Assembly (NCBI GenBank): GCA_963796455.1
Contig: CAWCLO010000001.1
Coordinates: forward strand, 672,001-736,000
DNA length: 64,000 nucleotides
Direction of reading: 5' to 3'
From: Candidatus Sulfomarinibacteraceae bacterium
GTDB lineage: Bacteria > Acidobacteriota > Thermoanaerobaculia > Thermoanaerobaculales > Sulfomarinibacteraceae
Shown here: piece after piece, positions 1 to 9,138 of the stretch
How the letters are laid out: every line of letters starts with the position of its first letter
Position numbering within the stretch: the stretch's first letter is position 1
The notes under the pieces: model-generated
What the model was told of the DNA's origin: nothing
The model's input: only the letters and a program-made list of their open reading frames with translations
Databases searched by the model: none
Position numbers and translations under genes: made by a program

Positions 1-392
1 ACCATCACCACGGCCTCGCCTTCGAGGACAACCTCGCCGTTCTGGTTGGTGCAGGTGGTTGCCAGGGTGACGATGGGCTTGTCCTCACGGACCTTGACGA
101 CCTCGACGGTGGAGGTTATTTCGTCTCCCGGAAAAACCGGCGCCTTGAACTTCAGATTCTGTCCGAGATAGACCGTGCCCGGTCCCGGGAGATCGTTGGC
201 GAGGGTGGCGGAAATGAAACCCGCAGGGATCATCCCATGGGCGATACGTCGCCCGAACCTTGTTTGAGCGGCATAAGCGTCATCGAGGTGGACGGGGTTG
301 GAATCGCCGGTCACCTCGGAAAACGCACGGATCATTTCGTCGGTGATGGTGGTGCTTCGTGACGCGGATGCACCGGCTTCGAGTCTCGGCAT
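1..392 (-). CDS. MaoC-family (R)-specific enoyl-CoA hydratase/dehydratase; 3' end runs off the window
   Basis: Manual translation MPRLEAGASASRSTTITDEMIRAFSEVTGDSNPVHLDDAYAAQTRFGRRIAHGM contains the MaoC motif GDxNPxH...IAHG; GGAGG lies upstream of the ATG at 392. Confidence 0.9.
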   Translation of the reverse strand, partial: MPRLEAGASASRSTTITDEMIRAFSEVTGDSNPVHLDDAYAAQTRFGRRIAHGMIPAGFISATLANDLPGPGTVYLGQNLKFKAPVFPGDEITSTVEVVKVREDKPIVTLATTCTNQNGEVVLEGEAVVM

Positions 393-407
393 GATGTCCT
401 CCATTTC

Positions 408-1067
408 CTACTCGTCCTGGTCATCGATTCCTATTCGAGTTGCAGCCAGATCCTTGACGGCAACGACCACATGATCGAGGCGGGCGTCGCCATCACCGGC
501 TGCGGCGCCGCGATCACCACTCATCACATTGAGTGGGATACCCCCGACAAACACCACCAACATGAAGACGAGCAGATGATTGAGTCGCCGAACCCGGTTC
601 AAGCGGCGGATGATCTTCTTCGGATCGCGGAATCGGTAAAGCTCCACCTCGATCAGGAGGTTGTCCTCGGGGGCGAAGACGCTCTGCATGGCCGCGATCC
701 TGCCGTTGCCTTCGAAGGCCAGATAGCAGCCCGGCTTTTCTTCAACGACCTTGATCCACGAGACCGAGGGCAGGTAGCGGGCGAGCACGTCACAGCTCAG
801 GGTTCCGTTCTCGAGCAACTGTTCCCTGTGCGACTCGAGTATTTCTGAACGCCTCCGGGTCGCCTCGATGGCGTTCTCTCGATCGAGACGGTGGATCTGG
901 TGGAGGGCAAAAAGAGGCACGCTGATGACCTCTTTGTGGGTCCTGGAACGGTGGATATCGAGGATCGCCTTGGCCATCACGATGTCCTTGAGATCCAGTT
1001 CCTCCAACTCCGACTTCTTTCCCCGGAGATAGCGCACGAGTTTGGTCATTTCGTCGAGCAGATTCAT
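408..1067 (-). CDS. Hypothetical protein with a ParB/Srx-like motif; C-terminus resembles a VOC-protein fragment
   Basis: IKVVE...YLAFEGNGRIAAM resembles the ParB-N GxxR motif; tail reads RLDHVVVAVKDLAA. Confidence 0.5.
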   Translation of the reverse strand: MNLLDEMTKLVRYLRGKKSELEELDLKDIVMAKAILDIHRSRTHKEVISVPLFALHQIHRLDRENAIEATRRRSEILESHREQLLENGTLSCDVLARYLPSVSWIKVVEEKPGCYLAFEGNGRIAAMQSVFAPEDNLLIEVELYRFRDPKKIIRRLNRVRRLNHLLVFMLVVFVGGIPLNVMSGDRGAAAGDGDARLDHVVVAVKDLAATRIGIDDQDE

Positions 1068-1111
1068 GCCGGACCTCGATCAGCTCTTTCGACCATGATC
1101 GGGCTCAAACA

Positions 1112-1606
1112 TCACGCCGCTATTTTCTGCAGCCAAACCATGTCGAAAGATTGACCGTTCTTGATGCCGACGTCGAGGAAACGACCGCATTCGGTGAATC
1201 CATGCTTGAGATGGAAACGGATGCTCCCGGGATTCCCCGAGGAGATGTGAGCCAGAAAGTTGGTGATGCCGAGCGCTTTGCCTTCCCTCAAAAGCTGATC
1301 GAGAAAAAGTGTGCCCAGACCCTGGCCGGTGCACTCGGGATCGAGGAAGTAGGTCAGCGCCGCGCTGTGCCTCATGGTTGCTGCCGGGTGGAACGGACTC
1401 AAGTAGGCAAAACCCACCACCCGGGCCATGGAGTCCTCGGCAACGAAGAACGGATAATCCGGGTTCCCCTCGTGCATTTTTCGAAAAAACGATTCTGCAA
1501 CCGGCTCTTCTGGATAGGCCGCCAGCGACCCGACCACAAAATAATTGAAGATCGTGGTGATCGATCCCCAGTCACTGTCATCCACCGGACGGATCTGAAT
1601 ATCCAT
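1112..1606 (-). CDS. GNAT N-acetyltransferase, phosphinothricin acetyltransferase-like
   Basis: Acetyl-CoA motif GQGLGT, then NPGSIRFHLKHGF and GIKNGQSFDMVWLQK. Confidence 0.9.
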   Translation of the reverse strand: MDIQIRPVDDSDWGSITTIFNYFVVGSLAAYPEEPVAESFFRKMHEGNPDYPFFVAEDSMARVVGFAYLSPFHPAATMRHSAALTYFLDPECTGQGLGTLFLDQLLREGKALGITNFLAHISSGNPGSIRFHLKHGFTECGRFLDVGIKNGQSFDMVWLQKIAA

Positions 1607-1615
1607 GGGACGATT

Positions 1616-2155
1616 CTACCGCTCCCCGATGATCTCCAGAATCTTGCCGACCGTTCGCCAATTGCGGCCTGTGGCCGGCACGCCCACAACACGTTCGACC
1701 TTTGCCGCGAGCTTGGAACGACCGATTCCGTCCGGGGCATGGAGGTAGGCGGCGGCGTCGACGATCTCGAATCGTTCGCTCTCGGCCTTGAGGCCGGCGA
1801 GCAACTCGGTATCGGGATTCTCCGGTGGCGTGGTCATGAAAAAGACGTGTAACTTCGACGGCTCGGCCGCGGCCTCAGGAAATGGATTGGCTCGCACGAC
1901 GCGATCAAACTGATCCGGACTCAGGATGAGAACTTCCGGTTTGAATCCTTTGTTCTCATGGACGGCGTCGCGAATCAACTCCGAGAGACGGCTCCCGTTC
2001 TGTCGACGATGACCGAACACTGCGTTGCCGCTCTGGATGTAGGTCTTCACATCAACGCACCCAAGGCCCTCGAGCACGGAAACCAGTTCTTTCATCGGCA
2101 CGATATTGGAACCGCCGACGTTGATGCCGCGAAAAAGAGCGATGTAGGTTTTCAA
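1616..2155 (-). CDS. DUF1697 domain protein (TTG start inferred)
   Basis: N-terminal YIALFRGINVGG...VKTYIQSGNAVF and C-terminal ATGRNWRTV. Confidence 0.9.
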   Translation of the reverse strand: MKTYIALFRGINVGGSNIVPMKELVSVLEGLGCVDVKTYIQSGNAVFGHRRQNGSRLSELIRDAVHENKGFKPEVLILSPDQFDRVVRANPFPEAAAEPSKLHVFFMTTPPENPDTELLAGLKAESERFEIVDAAAYLHAPDGIGRSKLAAKVERVVGVPATGRNWRTVGKILEIIGER

Positions 2156-2217
2156 CTCGCCACCGCCTGCTCCCTCACCTGCAACACCCTTCTTCGCGCA
2201 GGTCTGCAACGGGATGC

Positions 2218-2403
2218 CTATCTGGAATGCTCCGCCGGGGCAGACCACCTCAACATCAAATAGGCCGCTCCACATCCAGCACCGACGCCGAGAAAGACCG
2301 GCACTGTCAAAGACCCCAGCGCTCCCCCAATGGCAAATCCAGCGGCAACACCGATCGGCACCGTCAAGGTGCTATAGAACATGTACAACTCTCTTTTTTT
2401 CAT
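2218..2403 (-). CDS. Small two-TM membrane protein
   Basis: MKKRELY followed by two Gly/Ala-rich hydrophobic segments. Confidence 0.5.
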   Translation of the reverse strand: MKKRELYMFYSTLTVPIGVAAGFAIGGALGSLTVPVFLGVGAGCGAAYLMLRWSAPAEHSR

Positions 2404-2490
2404 CTCTGATCTCCAGATTCGCAGCAAGCTCGGCAAAAACCTGACGTTCCCTGATACGCGAAAACCAGTCCGGTGTTCTTGCCTGGCTGC

Positions 2491-2865
2491 CTATGCAGGC
2501 GCGTCATCAAGTTCCAACACCATTTTCACATACGAGTCCCATGGCCCACCCATCCCTCGCTCCTGCTCCCAAAACAAAAGACGAACCGGTCGGCCGCAAC
2601 CACGACAATGAAAATCAAATGCCGCCTCGTGATCCCCCATCTTCACCCGATCAAAAAGTTTCTTGACCTCGGCGGAGAATACGGACGGTTTCGGACTGAA
2701 GGCGTTGAGGTCCTGAAACCTCACGAGCGTCTTCCCGGCACATGAAGGACAGTGGTAATAACGTGACGCACCGCGGAAGAAGACGTTGCCGGGACCCTCG
2801 AGACGCCTCCGATAGACGCGGAGGTGAAATCGGTCAAGGGGCCGTATCTTGACGATCGAAGTCAA
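2491..2865 (-). CDS. Hypothetical protein with two CxxC pairs (putative zinc binding)
   Basis: CPSC and CRGC motifs; same strand as its neighbours. Confidence 0.6.
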   Translation of the reverse strand: MTSIVKIRPLDRFHLRVYRRRLEGPGNVFFRGASRYYHCPSCAGKTLVRFQDLNAFSPKPSVFSAEVKKLFDRVKMGDHEAAFDFHCRGCGRPVRLLFWEQERGMGGPWDSYVKMVLELDDAPA

Positions 2866-2960
2866 TTTTTCAACTCAATTCCAAACCGGTCTCGAGCCAA
2901 ATATTTCATCGGAATCTTGACGATTTTCTCAATTCTTAACGTCTTTCACCAAAAATTCTT

Positions 2961-3587
2961 TCATATGTTTTTTGCTACAACAATAAACCCGATCGCTAGT
3001 TGCGCGAACTTTTTTTCAAGTTTATGAGGCAAATAGGGATTCAATCCGATGAGGTGTTCAATCTCGAAATCCTTCAATAACCTCTTCAGATCACCTGCAG
3101 TGCATTCAGCCACATGCCCGTGGGTCGGGTTTTTTAAAAGCGCCAGTGAAAACCGACCTTTCCTCAGGTTGTTCAGGTACATCAACGACCGATATACGTA
3201 TTTGTTTGGCGTCGTCAGAACCAGTCTTCCATTCGGTTTCAGAATCCTCTGGATCTCAGCGATGACTTTTTCCTGATCGCCGATATGCTCGATGACTTCT
3301 TCCATAACAACGGCATCAAAAGCATCCGAATTGAAATCCGTATCTGCAATATCTCCGATGACGATATCTACCGTCTCAGGTACCTTTGATTTGAGTTTTT
3401 CGGCCAGGTTATCAGAAAGTTCGAGACCCGTTATATCTTTGCCATTCAGCTCGTTGATAACCCTGCCATAACCTGGACCAACTTCGAGAATTTTTCCGTC
3501 TATACTCTTGACAATTTCTAAAAATTTTTCTCGTTCGAGATTTCTGAATTTCCAACTCGAGATCTCATCTTCCCAGATCTGGTCCAT
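2961..3587 (-). CDS. Class I SAM-dependent methyltransferase, AT-rich gene
   Basis: ILEVGPGYG motif I; FDAVVMEEVIEH; RILKPNGRLVLTTPN. Confidence 0.9.
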   Translation of the reverse strand: MDQIWEDEISSWKFRNLEREKFLEIVKSIDGKILEVGPGYGRVINELNGKDITGLELSDNLAEKLKSKVPETVDIVIGDIADTDFNSDAFDAVVMEEVIEHIGDQEKVIAEIQRILKPNGRLVLTTPNKYVYRSLMYLNNLRKGRFSLALLKNPTHGHVAECTAGDLKRLLKDFEIEHLIGLNPYLPHKLEKKFAQLAIGFIVVAKNI

Positions 3588-3602
3588 GGGGCACCTTTCT
3601 TT

Positions 3603-3824
3603 TCACAGGGTCCAACTCCGGCTCACCATACCCGGGGCAAAGCGCAGTTCTTCGAGGCCTTCGTATTTTATTTCGGGCGCAAACTCGAGGGGAAACGGAA
3701 TCGTCTCCGTCTGCCATCCCTCGGGCGTGGGCAGGAAAAACGACGGCACGGCGACTTCTTCTGCCGCAGCGACAACGCCTACCGAAATCAGGAGAAGCAC
3801 GACCATGAAAGTCCGGAACACCAA
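3603..3824 (-). pseudogene. Probably truncated secreted protein
   Basis: RBS, then a signal peptide and TPEGWQTETIPFPLEFAPEIKYEGLEELRFAPGM, stopping just before the AT-rich gene. Confidence 0.45.
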
Positions 3825-4036
3825 TGCCTCCCTCTTCAAGTTGCCCCAGAGTAGATCATCTCGAGCAAATCCCGGATCCATCCACCCAGCTTCGTCTGTG
3901 AAATGGCAGGCTCCGCGCTTTCAGTACAACAACCGCTACGAAGTCCGCGGACGATACCCGCTGACCCAAACACCGAGAACGAAGATTTGAGCCATAGGCG
4001 GTTGAGAGCATCGTCACCGAGCTCCCCAACAATCCA

Positions 4037-4525
4037 TCACGGGGTTTCCGCAGGATGTTGGCGGCGGATGGACTGGATCACTTCGTCGAGAGTCTGGAGA
4101 AAACGCGAACGATCCCGCTTTGTGAGTGGCGGAGGACCACCCATGATCTCACCGGCGCCGCGAAGTTCCGACAGGAGATTGCGGGTCGCGAGTGCCCCAC
4201 CGATGTTTTCCTCCGTAAAGGGTTTACCCGTGGAGCCGATGACCCGCGCTCCCTTCTTGATGCACCGACTTGCCAGCGGGATGTCGGCGGTCACGACGAT
4301 GTCAAGACTCTGAACGTGCTCCACGATCCAATCGTCGGCGGCGTCGAAGCCATCCTCCACGACCTCGAGCCTGAGCCACGCCTCATCCGGCGTCCGCATC
4401 CAGGAGTTGGCCACCAGCGTGACCTCCAGGCCGTATCTTTTTGCGACGCGATAGACCTCGTTTTTGACCGGACACGCGTCGGCGTCGATGAAGATATGAA
4501 GCAATAGAACCGCCCCAGACTGCAA
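4037..4525 (-). CDS. YaiI/YqxD family protein (UPF0178); true start may be a few codons later
   Basis: IFIDADACPVK, DAADDWI and IVVTADIPLA motifs. Confidence 0.92.
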   Translation of the reverse strand: MQSGAVLLLHIFIDADACPVKNEVYRVAKRYGLEVTLVANSWMRTPDEAWLRLEVVEDGFDAADDWIVEHVQSLDIVVTADIPLASRCIKKGARVIGSTGKPFTEENIGGALATRNLLSELRGAGEIMGGPPPLTKRDRSRFLQTLDEVIQSIRRQHPAETP

Positions 4526-4704
4526 ACCAGGATTCGGGCCCCGTCACTCGGCATGCACGGCCCGTCGCAGGGAGCATACCGAAGTTCACTCGGACTGCAG
4601 ATTTCTCCCGGCCCAATCGGTGATGAGTTCTTGCCTGTAACACCCTCACCCGGTGTCGGGAAATCCCCAACACGCCGGTTTCAGAGCGTGAGAGAATCCC
4701 CACC

Positions 4705-7107
4705 ATGTTGATCGATTGTGATCACTGTGGCCTGCCCATCCCGGCGGGTTTGATTGAAGAAGGCGTCCCGCTTCAGTTCTGCTGCACCGGCTGTCGGGTG
4801 GCCTATGAAGTGATTCACGAGCACGGGCTCGACGGCTACTACGACATCAAGGCACGGATCGAGGCGCCGGACCAGGCCGCCCAACCGAGCGGCAAGTCTT
4901 TTGCCGAGTTTGACGACCCGGCTTTCCACGAACTCTACTGCCGCAAGCTTTCCTCAGGTCTCGAGACCGTCGAGTTGTATCTCGAAGGCGTGCACTGTGC
5001 GGCCTGTGTGTGGTTGGTCGAGAAACTGACCGTCGTGATGGGTGGAGTGGCTGAAGTCCGGCTCGACCTCGGCCGCTCGCTGGCCGGCGTGACCTGGGAC
5101 CCGAAAACCACGACCCTGTCCCAGATTGCCCGATTCCTCGACTCGATGGGTTACGCGCCCCACCCCTTTCGTGGCGTCGAGGCGCGCGATATGGCGCGAC
5201 GCGAAGAACGGCGCCTCCTGATCCGGATAGCCATCGCCGGGGTGGTTGCAGGCAACGTGATGCTGATCGCATTCGCCCTTTATGGCGGTCATTTCCACGG
5301 TATCTCGGAAGAATTCAGCAACTTCTTTCGCTGGGTCAGTCTCGGGCTGTCGCTCCCTTCGGTTTTGTGGTGCGCATCGATCTTCTACCGCGGCGCATGG
5401 GGCGCATTGAGGACCCGCACGCTCCACATGGATCTGCCGATCGCGGTGGGTATTCTGGCCGGTTTCATCCAGGGCACCGTCAACACGGTGCGCGGAACCG
5501 GGGAGGTCTACTTCGATTCAGTCACGGCCTTGATCTTTTTCCTTCTCATCGGGCGCTTCCTGCAACGCCGCCAGCAGCGAGCCGCGGCCTCTTCGACGGA
5601 GCTGTTGTTTTCCTTGGCGCCATCGGTCGCTCGACTGGTGGAAGACAGCGGCGTCCGCGAGGTGCCTCTCGAGGCCCTGACCCAGGGATCGAGGGTCGAG
5701 GTGCGGGCCGGTGATTCGGTGCCGGCCGACGGGATCGTGGTCGAGGGCGCATCGACTCTCGACCGCTCCTTGTTGACCGGAGAATCGCTGCCCGAACCGG
5801 TGAGCCCCGGTGACGCCATCCACGCCGGAACCGTCAACATGAGCGGCCGATTGTTCGTCGAGGTCCGCAGTACGGGAGAAGACACCCGCGTCGGGCGGCT
5901 GATGCGATTGGTCGAAGAGGGAGCCATGCGGCGGGCGCCCGTGGTTTTGCTGGCTGACCGCATCTCGGGTTGGTTTGTCGCTGCGGTCCTCATCCTCGCC
6001 GCCCTCACGGTGCTGATCTGGTGGCGTCTCGACCCCGAACACGCCATTCAACACGCGGTGGCCCTCCTGATCGTCAGTTGCCCCTGCGCCCTCGGTCTCG
6101 CCACCCCCCTGGCCGTCAGCGCCGCCATCGGCCGCGCGGCACGGAAAAAGATCCTCATCAAGGGCGGTGACGCCCTCGAGTCCCTGGCCAAACCGGGCCG
6201 CATCCTGCTCGACAAGACCGGCACCGTGACTGAAGGCCGACAGGCAGTTGTCCGGTGGTGGGGCGACACCGAGGTTCGTGGCGCGGTGGCGGCCATCGAG
6301 CGCCACTCCGCCCATCCCGTAGCCCGGGCCCTCGCCGAAGCGGGGGGCGAAAAGCCTCTACCCGAGGTCAGCGATGTGCGCGAGATCCCGGGCGCCGGGA
6401 TGATCGGAAGGTGGGGTGAGTCGGAGGTGCTGATCGCCTCGGCCGGCCACGCGCGGAAAACCATCGGTGAGTTGCCCGGCAGGTTTTCGGACGCCGTGAA
6501 CGATCTGGCTGGCGATGGGTCGAGTCCAGTGGTTGTGGTCGTCGATGGCCGCGCAGTTGCGGTGGTCGGTATCGGCGACCCGGTGCGCGGTGACAGCGCC
6601 GCGTCGATCGGCAAGATGATCGATCGGGGTTGGCAAGTCGAGGTCCTTTCCGGCGACCATCAGCTGGTTGTGGACGCCATCGCGCAGCAGATTGGCGTCG
6701 ATCCGCGGGAGGCCCGCGGCGAATCGACTCCTGAAGAAAAACTGGAGATCGTCCGCCAGAGCGAGACGGCAACCACGACGGTCATGGTCGGCGACGGTGT
6801 CAACGATGCTGCCGCGCTGGCCGCGGCCACCGTCGGCATCGGTGTCCACGGCGGGGCCGAAGCGACTCTCGCCGCCGCCGATGTCTATCTCGGGCGACCC
6901 GGTCTCTCACCGATCGTGGAGCTGTTGGACGGCGCCCGCCGCACCCTCGGAGTGATCCGTCGCAATCTCGTCTTCTCGTTGCTCTACAACGTCATCGCCG
7001 TGACCTTTGCCATCACCGGCCACATGAGCCCCATCATGGCGGCGATCCTCATGCCGCTGAGTTCGATGACGGTCGTTTTGAGTTCGTACCGGGCAAAAAC
7101 ATTCTGA
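4705..7107 (+). CDS. ccoI: Copper-translocating P1B ATPase of CcoI/FixI type
   Basis: N-terminal CxHC...FCCxGC, HMA CAAC, TGES, CPC, DKTGT and GDGVND; followed by ccoS. Confidence 0.9.
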   Translation: MLIDCDHCGLPIPAGLIEEGVPLQFCCTGCRVAYEVIHEHGLDGYYDIKARIEAPDQAAQPSGKSFAEFDDPAFHELYCRKLSSGLETVELYLEGVHCAACVWLVEKLTVVMGGVAEVRLDLGRSLAGVTWDPKTTTLSQIARFLDSMGYAPHPFRGVEARDMARREERRLLIRIAIAGVVAGNVMLIAFALYGGHFHGISEEFSNFFRWVSLGLSLPSVLWCASIFYRGAWGALRTRTLHMDLPIAVGILAGFIQGTVNTVRGTGEVYFDSVTALIFFLLIGRFLQRRQQRAAASSTELLFSLAPSVARLVEDSGVREVPLEALTQGSRVEVRAGDSVPADGIVVEGASTLDRSLLTGESLPEPVSPGDAIHAGTVNMSGRLFVEVRSTGEDTRVGRLMRLVEEGAMRRAPVVLLADRISGWFVAAVLILAALTVLIWWRLDPEHAIQHAVALLIVSCPCALGLATPLAVSAAIGRAARKKILIKGGDALESLAKPGRILLDKTGTVTEGRQAVVRWWGDTEVRGAVAAIERHSAHPVARALAEAGGEKPLPEVSDVREIPGAGMIGRWGESEVLIASAGHARKTIGELPGRFSDAVNDLAGDGSSPVVVVVDGRAVAVVGIGDPVRGDSAASIGKMIDRGWQVEVLSGDHQLVVDAIAQQIGVDPREARGESTPEEKLEIVRQSETATTTVMVGDGVNDAAALAAATVGIGVHGGAEATLAAADVYLGRPGLSPIVELLDGARRTLGVIRRNLVFSLLYNVIAVTFAITGHMSPIMAAILMPLSSMTVVLSSYRAKTF

Positions 7108-7110
7108 AGG

Positions 7111-7212
7111 TTTGAGAGTTGAGTTTTAAGTTTTGAGTTCGCGCTCAACCATTTTTGCAATCATCCTGGCGGCGCCGACAACTCATAACTCATAACTCAA
7201 AACTCAAAACTT
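7111..7212. repeat. Inverted pair of heptamer arrays, (GAGTTTT)n ... (AACTCAW)n
   Basis: gagttttaagttttgagtt at 7121-7139 and aactcataactcataactcaaaactcaaaactt at 7180-7212. Confidence 0.8.
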
Positions 7213-7276
7213 AATATTGCGTCCGGGACAATTCGAAAGCCGAAATCTGAGCCCGTGCGACTACAATCGTCTCGTC

Positions 7277-7483
7277 ATGTCAGCGGTCTACATCGCCCTG
7301 CCCTTTGCCCTGCTGCTGGCCCTGCTCTTCCTGGCCGGCTTTATCTGGTCGGTCAAATCCGGCCAGATGGATGACCTCGATACCCCGGCGATGAGAATTT
7401 TCGGCGAGGACGATGTGAGGAAGAAGGCGTCGGACACCGACGACGGCAAAACGGCCCACAAAAACGAAGGCCCCGGTATGTAA
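7277..7483 (+). CDS. ccoS: cbb3-type cytochrome oxidase assembly protein CcoS/FixS
   Basis: One TM segment, then [20 protein letters not shown]. Confidence 0.9.
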   Translation: MSAVYIALPFALLLALLFLAGFIWSVKSGQMDDLDTPAMRIFGEDDVRKKASDTDDGKTAHKNEGPGM

Positions 7484-7848
7484 CCCCCACCGCCCCCCCG
7501 GCACAGCACCGGTCATGATATCCACCAGACGCTGCTCCAGACTCGTGTTCCCCGGAGATTCGATCGCCTGCGCTTTACGCGTTCGCGGAGCCCGGAGCAT
7601 GCCCTCCCCCTCAAGAACAACCCCAACCCGCCTTTCACCAGGGAGCGCCCTCGTGACAGAACTCACCACCTCAACCGAGCCGGCGTCCGGGCGCCGGAGC
7701 GGTTCCTTCCGGGTTGTCAGTTTGCAGTAGTCACCAGTTGACAGCCTGCCAGCTGACAAATTGTGATTGAAATATAGAGGTTTAAGATTCAACGGTTATT
7801 GGTTCAGGTCAAAATCGGCAATGCCGACAGTTCGTGGCGCTTCACACG

Positions 7849-8877
7849 TCACTCGATGAACATCGCATCCCCATATGAGAAGAACCGATAGCCTTGCGCC
7901 ACGGCCTCTCGGTAGGCGGCCAACACAGTTTCCTTGTCGGTCAGAGCGCTCACCAACATCACCAGGGTCGATTTCGGCAGATGGAAATTGGTGAGCAGCG
8001 CTCCGACGCCGCGAAACTGAAACCCGGGTGTGATAAAAATCTGAGTCCACCCGTGACCCGCGGCCACCCGACCGGCGCCGACAGCCAGAGCGCCCTCCAA
8101 CGCACGGACGGTTGTGGTCCCCACACAAACGATCCGCCGGTTCTCGTCGAGGGCACGATTCACCGCATCGGCACTCGCGTCGGTGAAGTGGTACCACTCG
8201 GAGTGCATCTCGTGGTCCTCGATCTCTTCCGCCTGCACCGGTCGGAAGGTCCCCAGACCGACGTGGAGGGTGAGGAAGGCTAGCTCACACCCCACCATTC
8301 GGATCTCTTCGAGCAGTTCTTGGGTGAAGTGGAGGCCGGCCGTGGGCGCCGCTACGGCTCCCGGGTTGGCAGCGTAGACCGTTTGGTAGTCCATCCGATC
8401 CGCATCCGAACCGCCTTCCGGGCGCTCGATATATGGAGGTAAGGGCACCTCACCAAGTCGGTCGAGACGATCCAACCCAAGCGCCGGCCTGAACTCGACC
8501 AGCCACCGTCCTTCGCCGAGGTCCTCAATCGGTATCGCCACCCCACCGTCGTCAAGATCCAAGCCTTCACCAGGTCGCACCTTGGCCGAAGGACGGAGCA
8601 AACTGTGCCACCGGTCGTCTTCGACACGACGGAGAAGCAACAACTCGAAACGCCGGCCCGTCGCGCGGTGCGCCCGAAGTCGGGCCGGGATGACGCGGGT
8701 GTCGTTGAACAGGATCAAATCACCCGGGCGCAGCAACCCGGGGAACCGGGAGACTTCGCTGTGAGTCACCGATCCGGAGCCGCGATCGAGGACCATCATG
8801 CGCGAAGTCCCGCGCGGCGCCGGTTTCTGGGCAACCAATTCCATCGGAAGCTCGTAATCGAAGTCATCGGTTCGCAT
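7849..8877 (-). CDS. queA: S-adenosylmethionine:tRNA ribosyltransferase-isomerase
   Basis: DFDYELP, FNDTRVIPAR, PLPPYI, YQTVYA, AAPTAGLHF, TNFHLPKSTL, YRFFSYGDAM. Confidence 0.98.
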   Translation of the reverse strand: MRTDDFDYELPMELVAQKPAPRGTSRMMVLDRGSGSVTHSEVSRFPGLLRPGDLILFNDTRVIPARLRAHRATGRRFELLLLRRVEDDRWHSLLRPSAKVRPGEGLDLDDGGVAIPIEDLGEGRWLVEFRPALGLDRLDRLGEVPLPPYIERPEGGSDADRMDYQTVYAANPGAVAAPTAGLHFTQELLEEIRMVGCELAFLTLHVGLGTFRPVQAEEIEDHEMHSEWYHFTDASADAVNRALDENRRIVCVGTTTVRALEGALAVGAGRVAAGHGWTQIFITPGFQFRGVGALLTNFHLPKSTLVMLVSALTDKETVLAAYREAVAQGYRFFSYGDAMFIE

Positions 8878-8953
8878 CGAGGGAATCATACACATTCAGC
8901 CGTACCAGGGCCTCGGATCGAGCCGAAAGCAACACCGTGCGGAAAACGATTTA

Positions 8954-9043
8954 TGACCGCTTCCGAACACGCGAATCGCACAAACGGACAGACCCCCGCC
9001 CTGGGCGTCTCAAACCGCCCGGATCAGGTGGCACGGTGCTTGC
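8954..9043 (+). promoter_or_regulatory. Sigma54 -24/-12 promoter with putative upstream activator sites
   Basis: TGGCACGGTGCTTGC at 9029-9043 (GG-N10-GC); TGACCG-N4-CGAACA...ACGGAC at 8954-8989. Confidence 0.8.
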
Positions 9044-9066
9044 TCAGATGGAGGTGGGAGAGAACC

Positions 9067-9123
9067 ATGACAATGTTCACAGAATGCCGCCTCGCACTCA
9101 GGACGGTGCTTCGAACCGATTAG
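9067..9123 (+). pseudogene. 18-codon remnant resembling the N-terminus of an ADOP permease
   Basis: GGAGG upstream; MTMFTECRLALRTVLRTD* compared with WITEIRFALRHLAR of the next gene. Confidence 0.45.
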
Positions 9124-9138
9124 GTGAAAGGAATCGCC

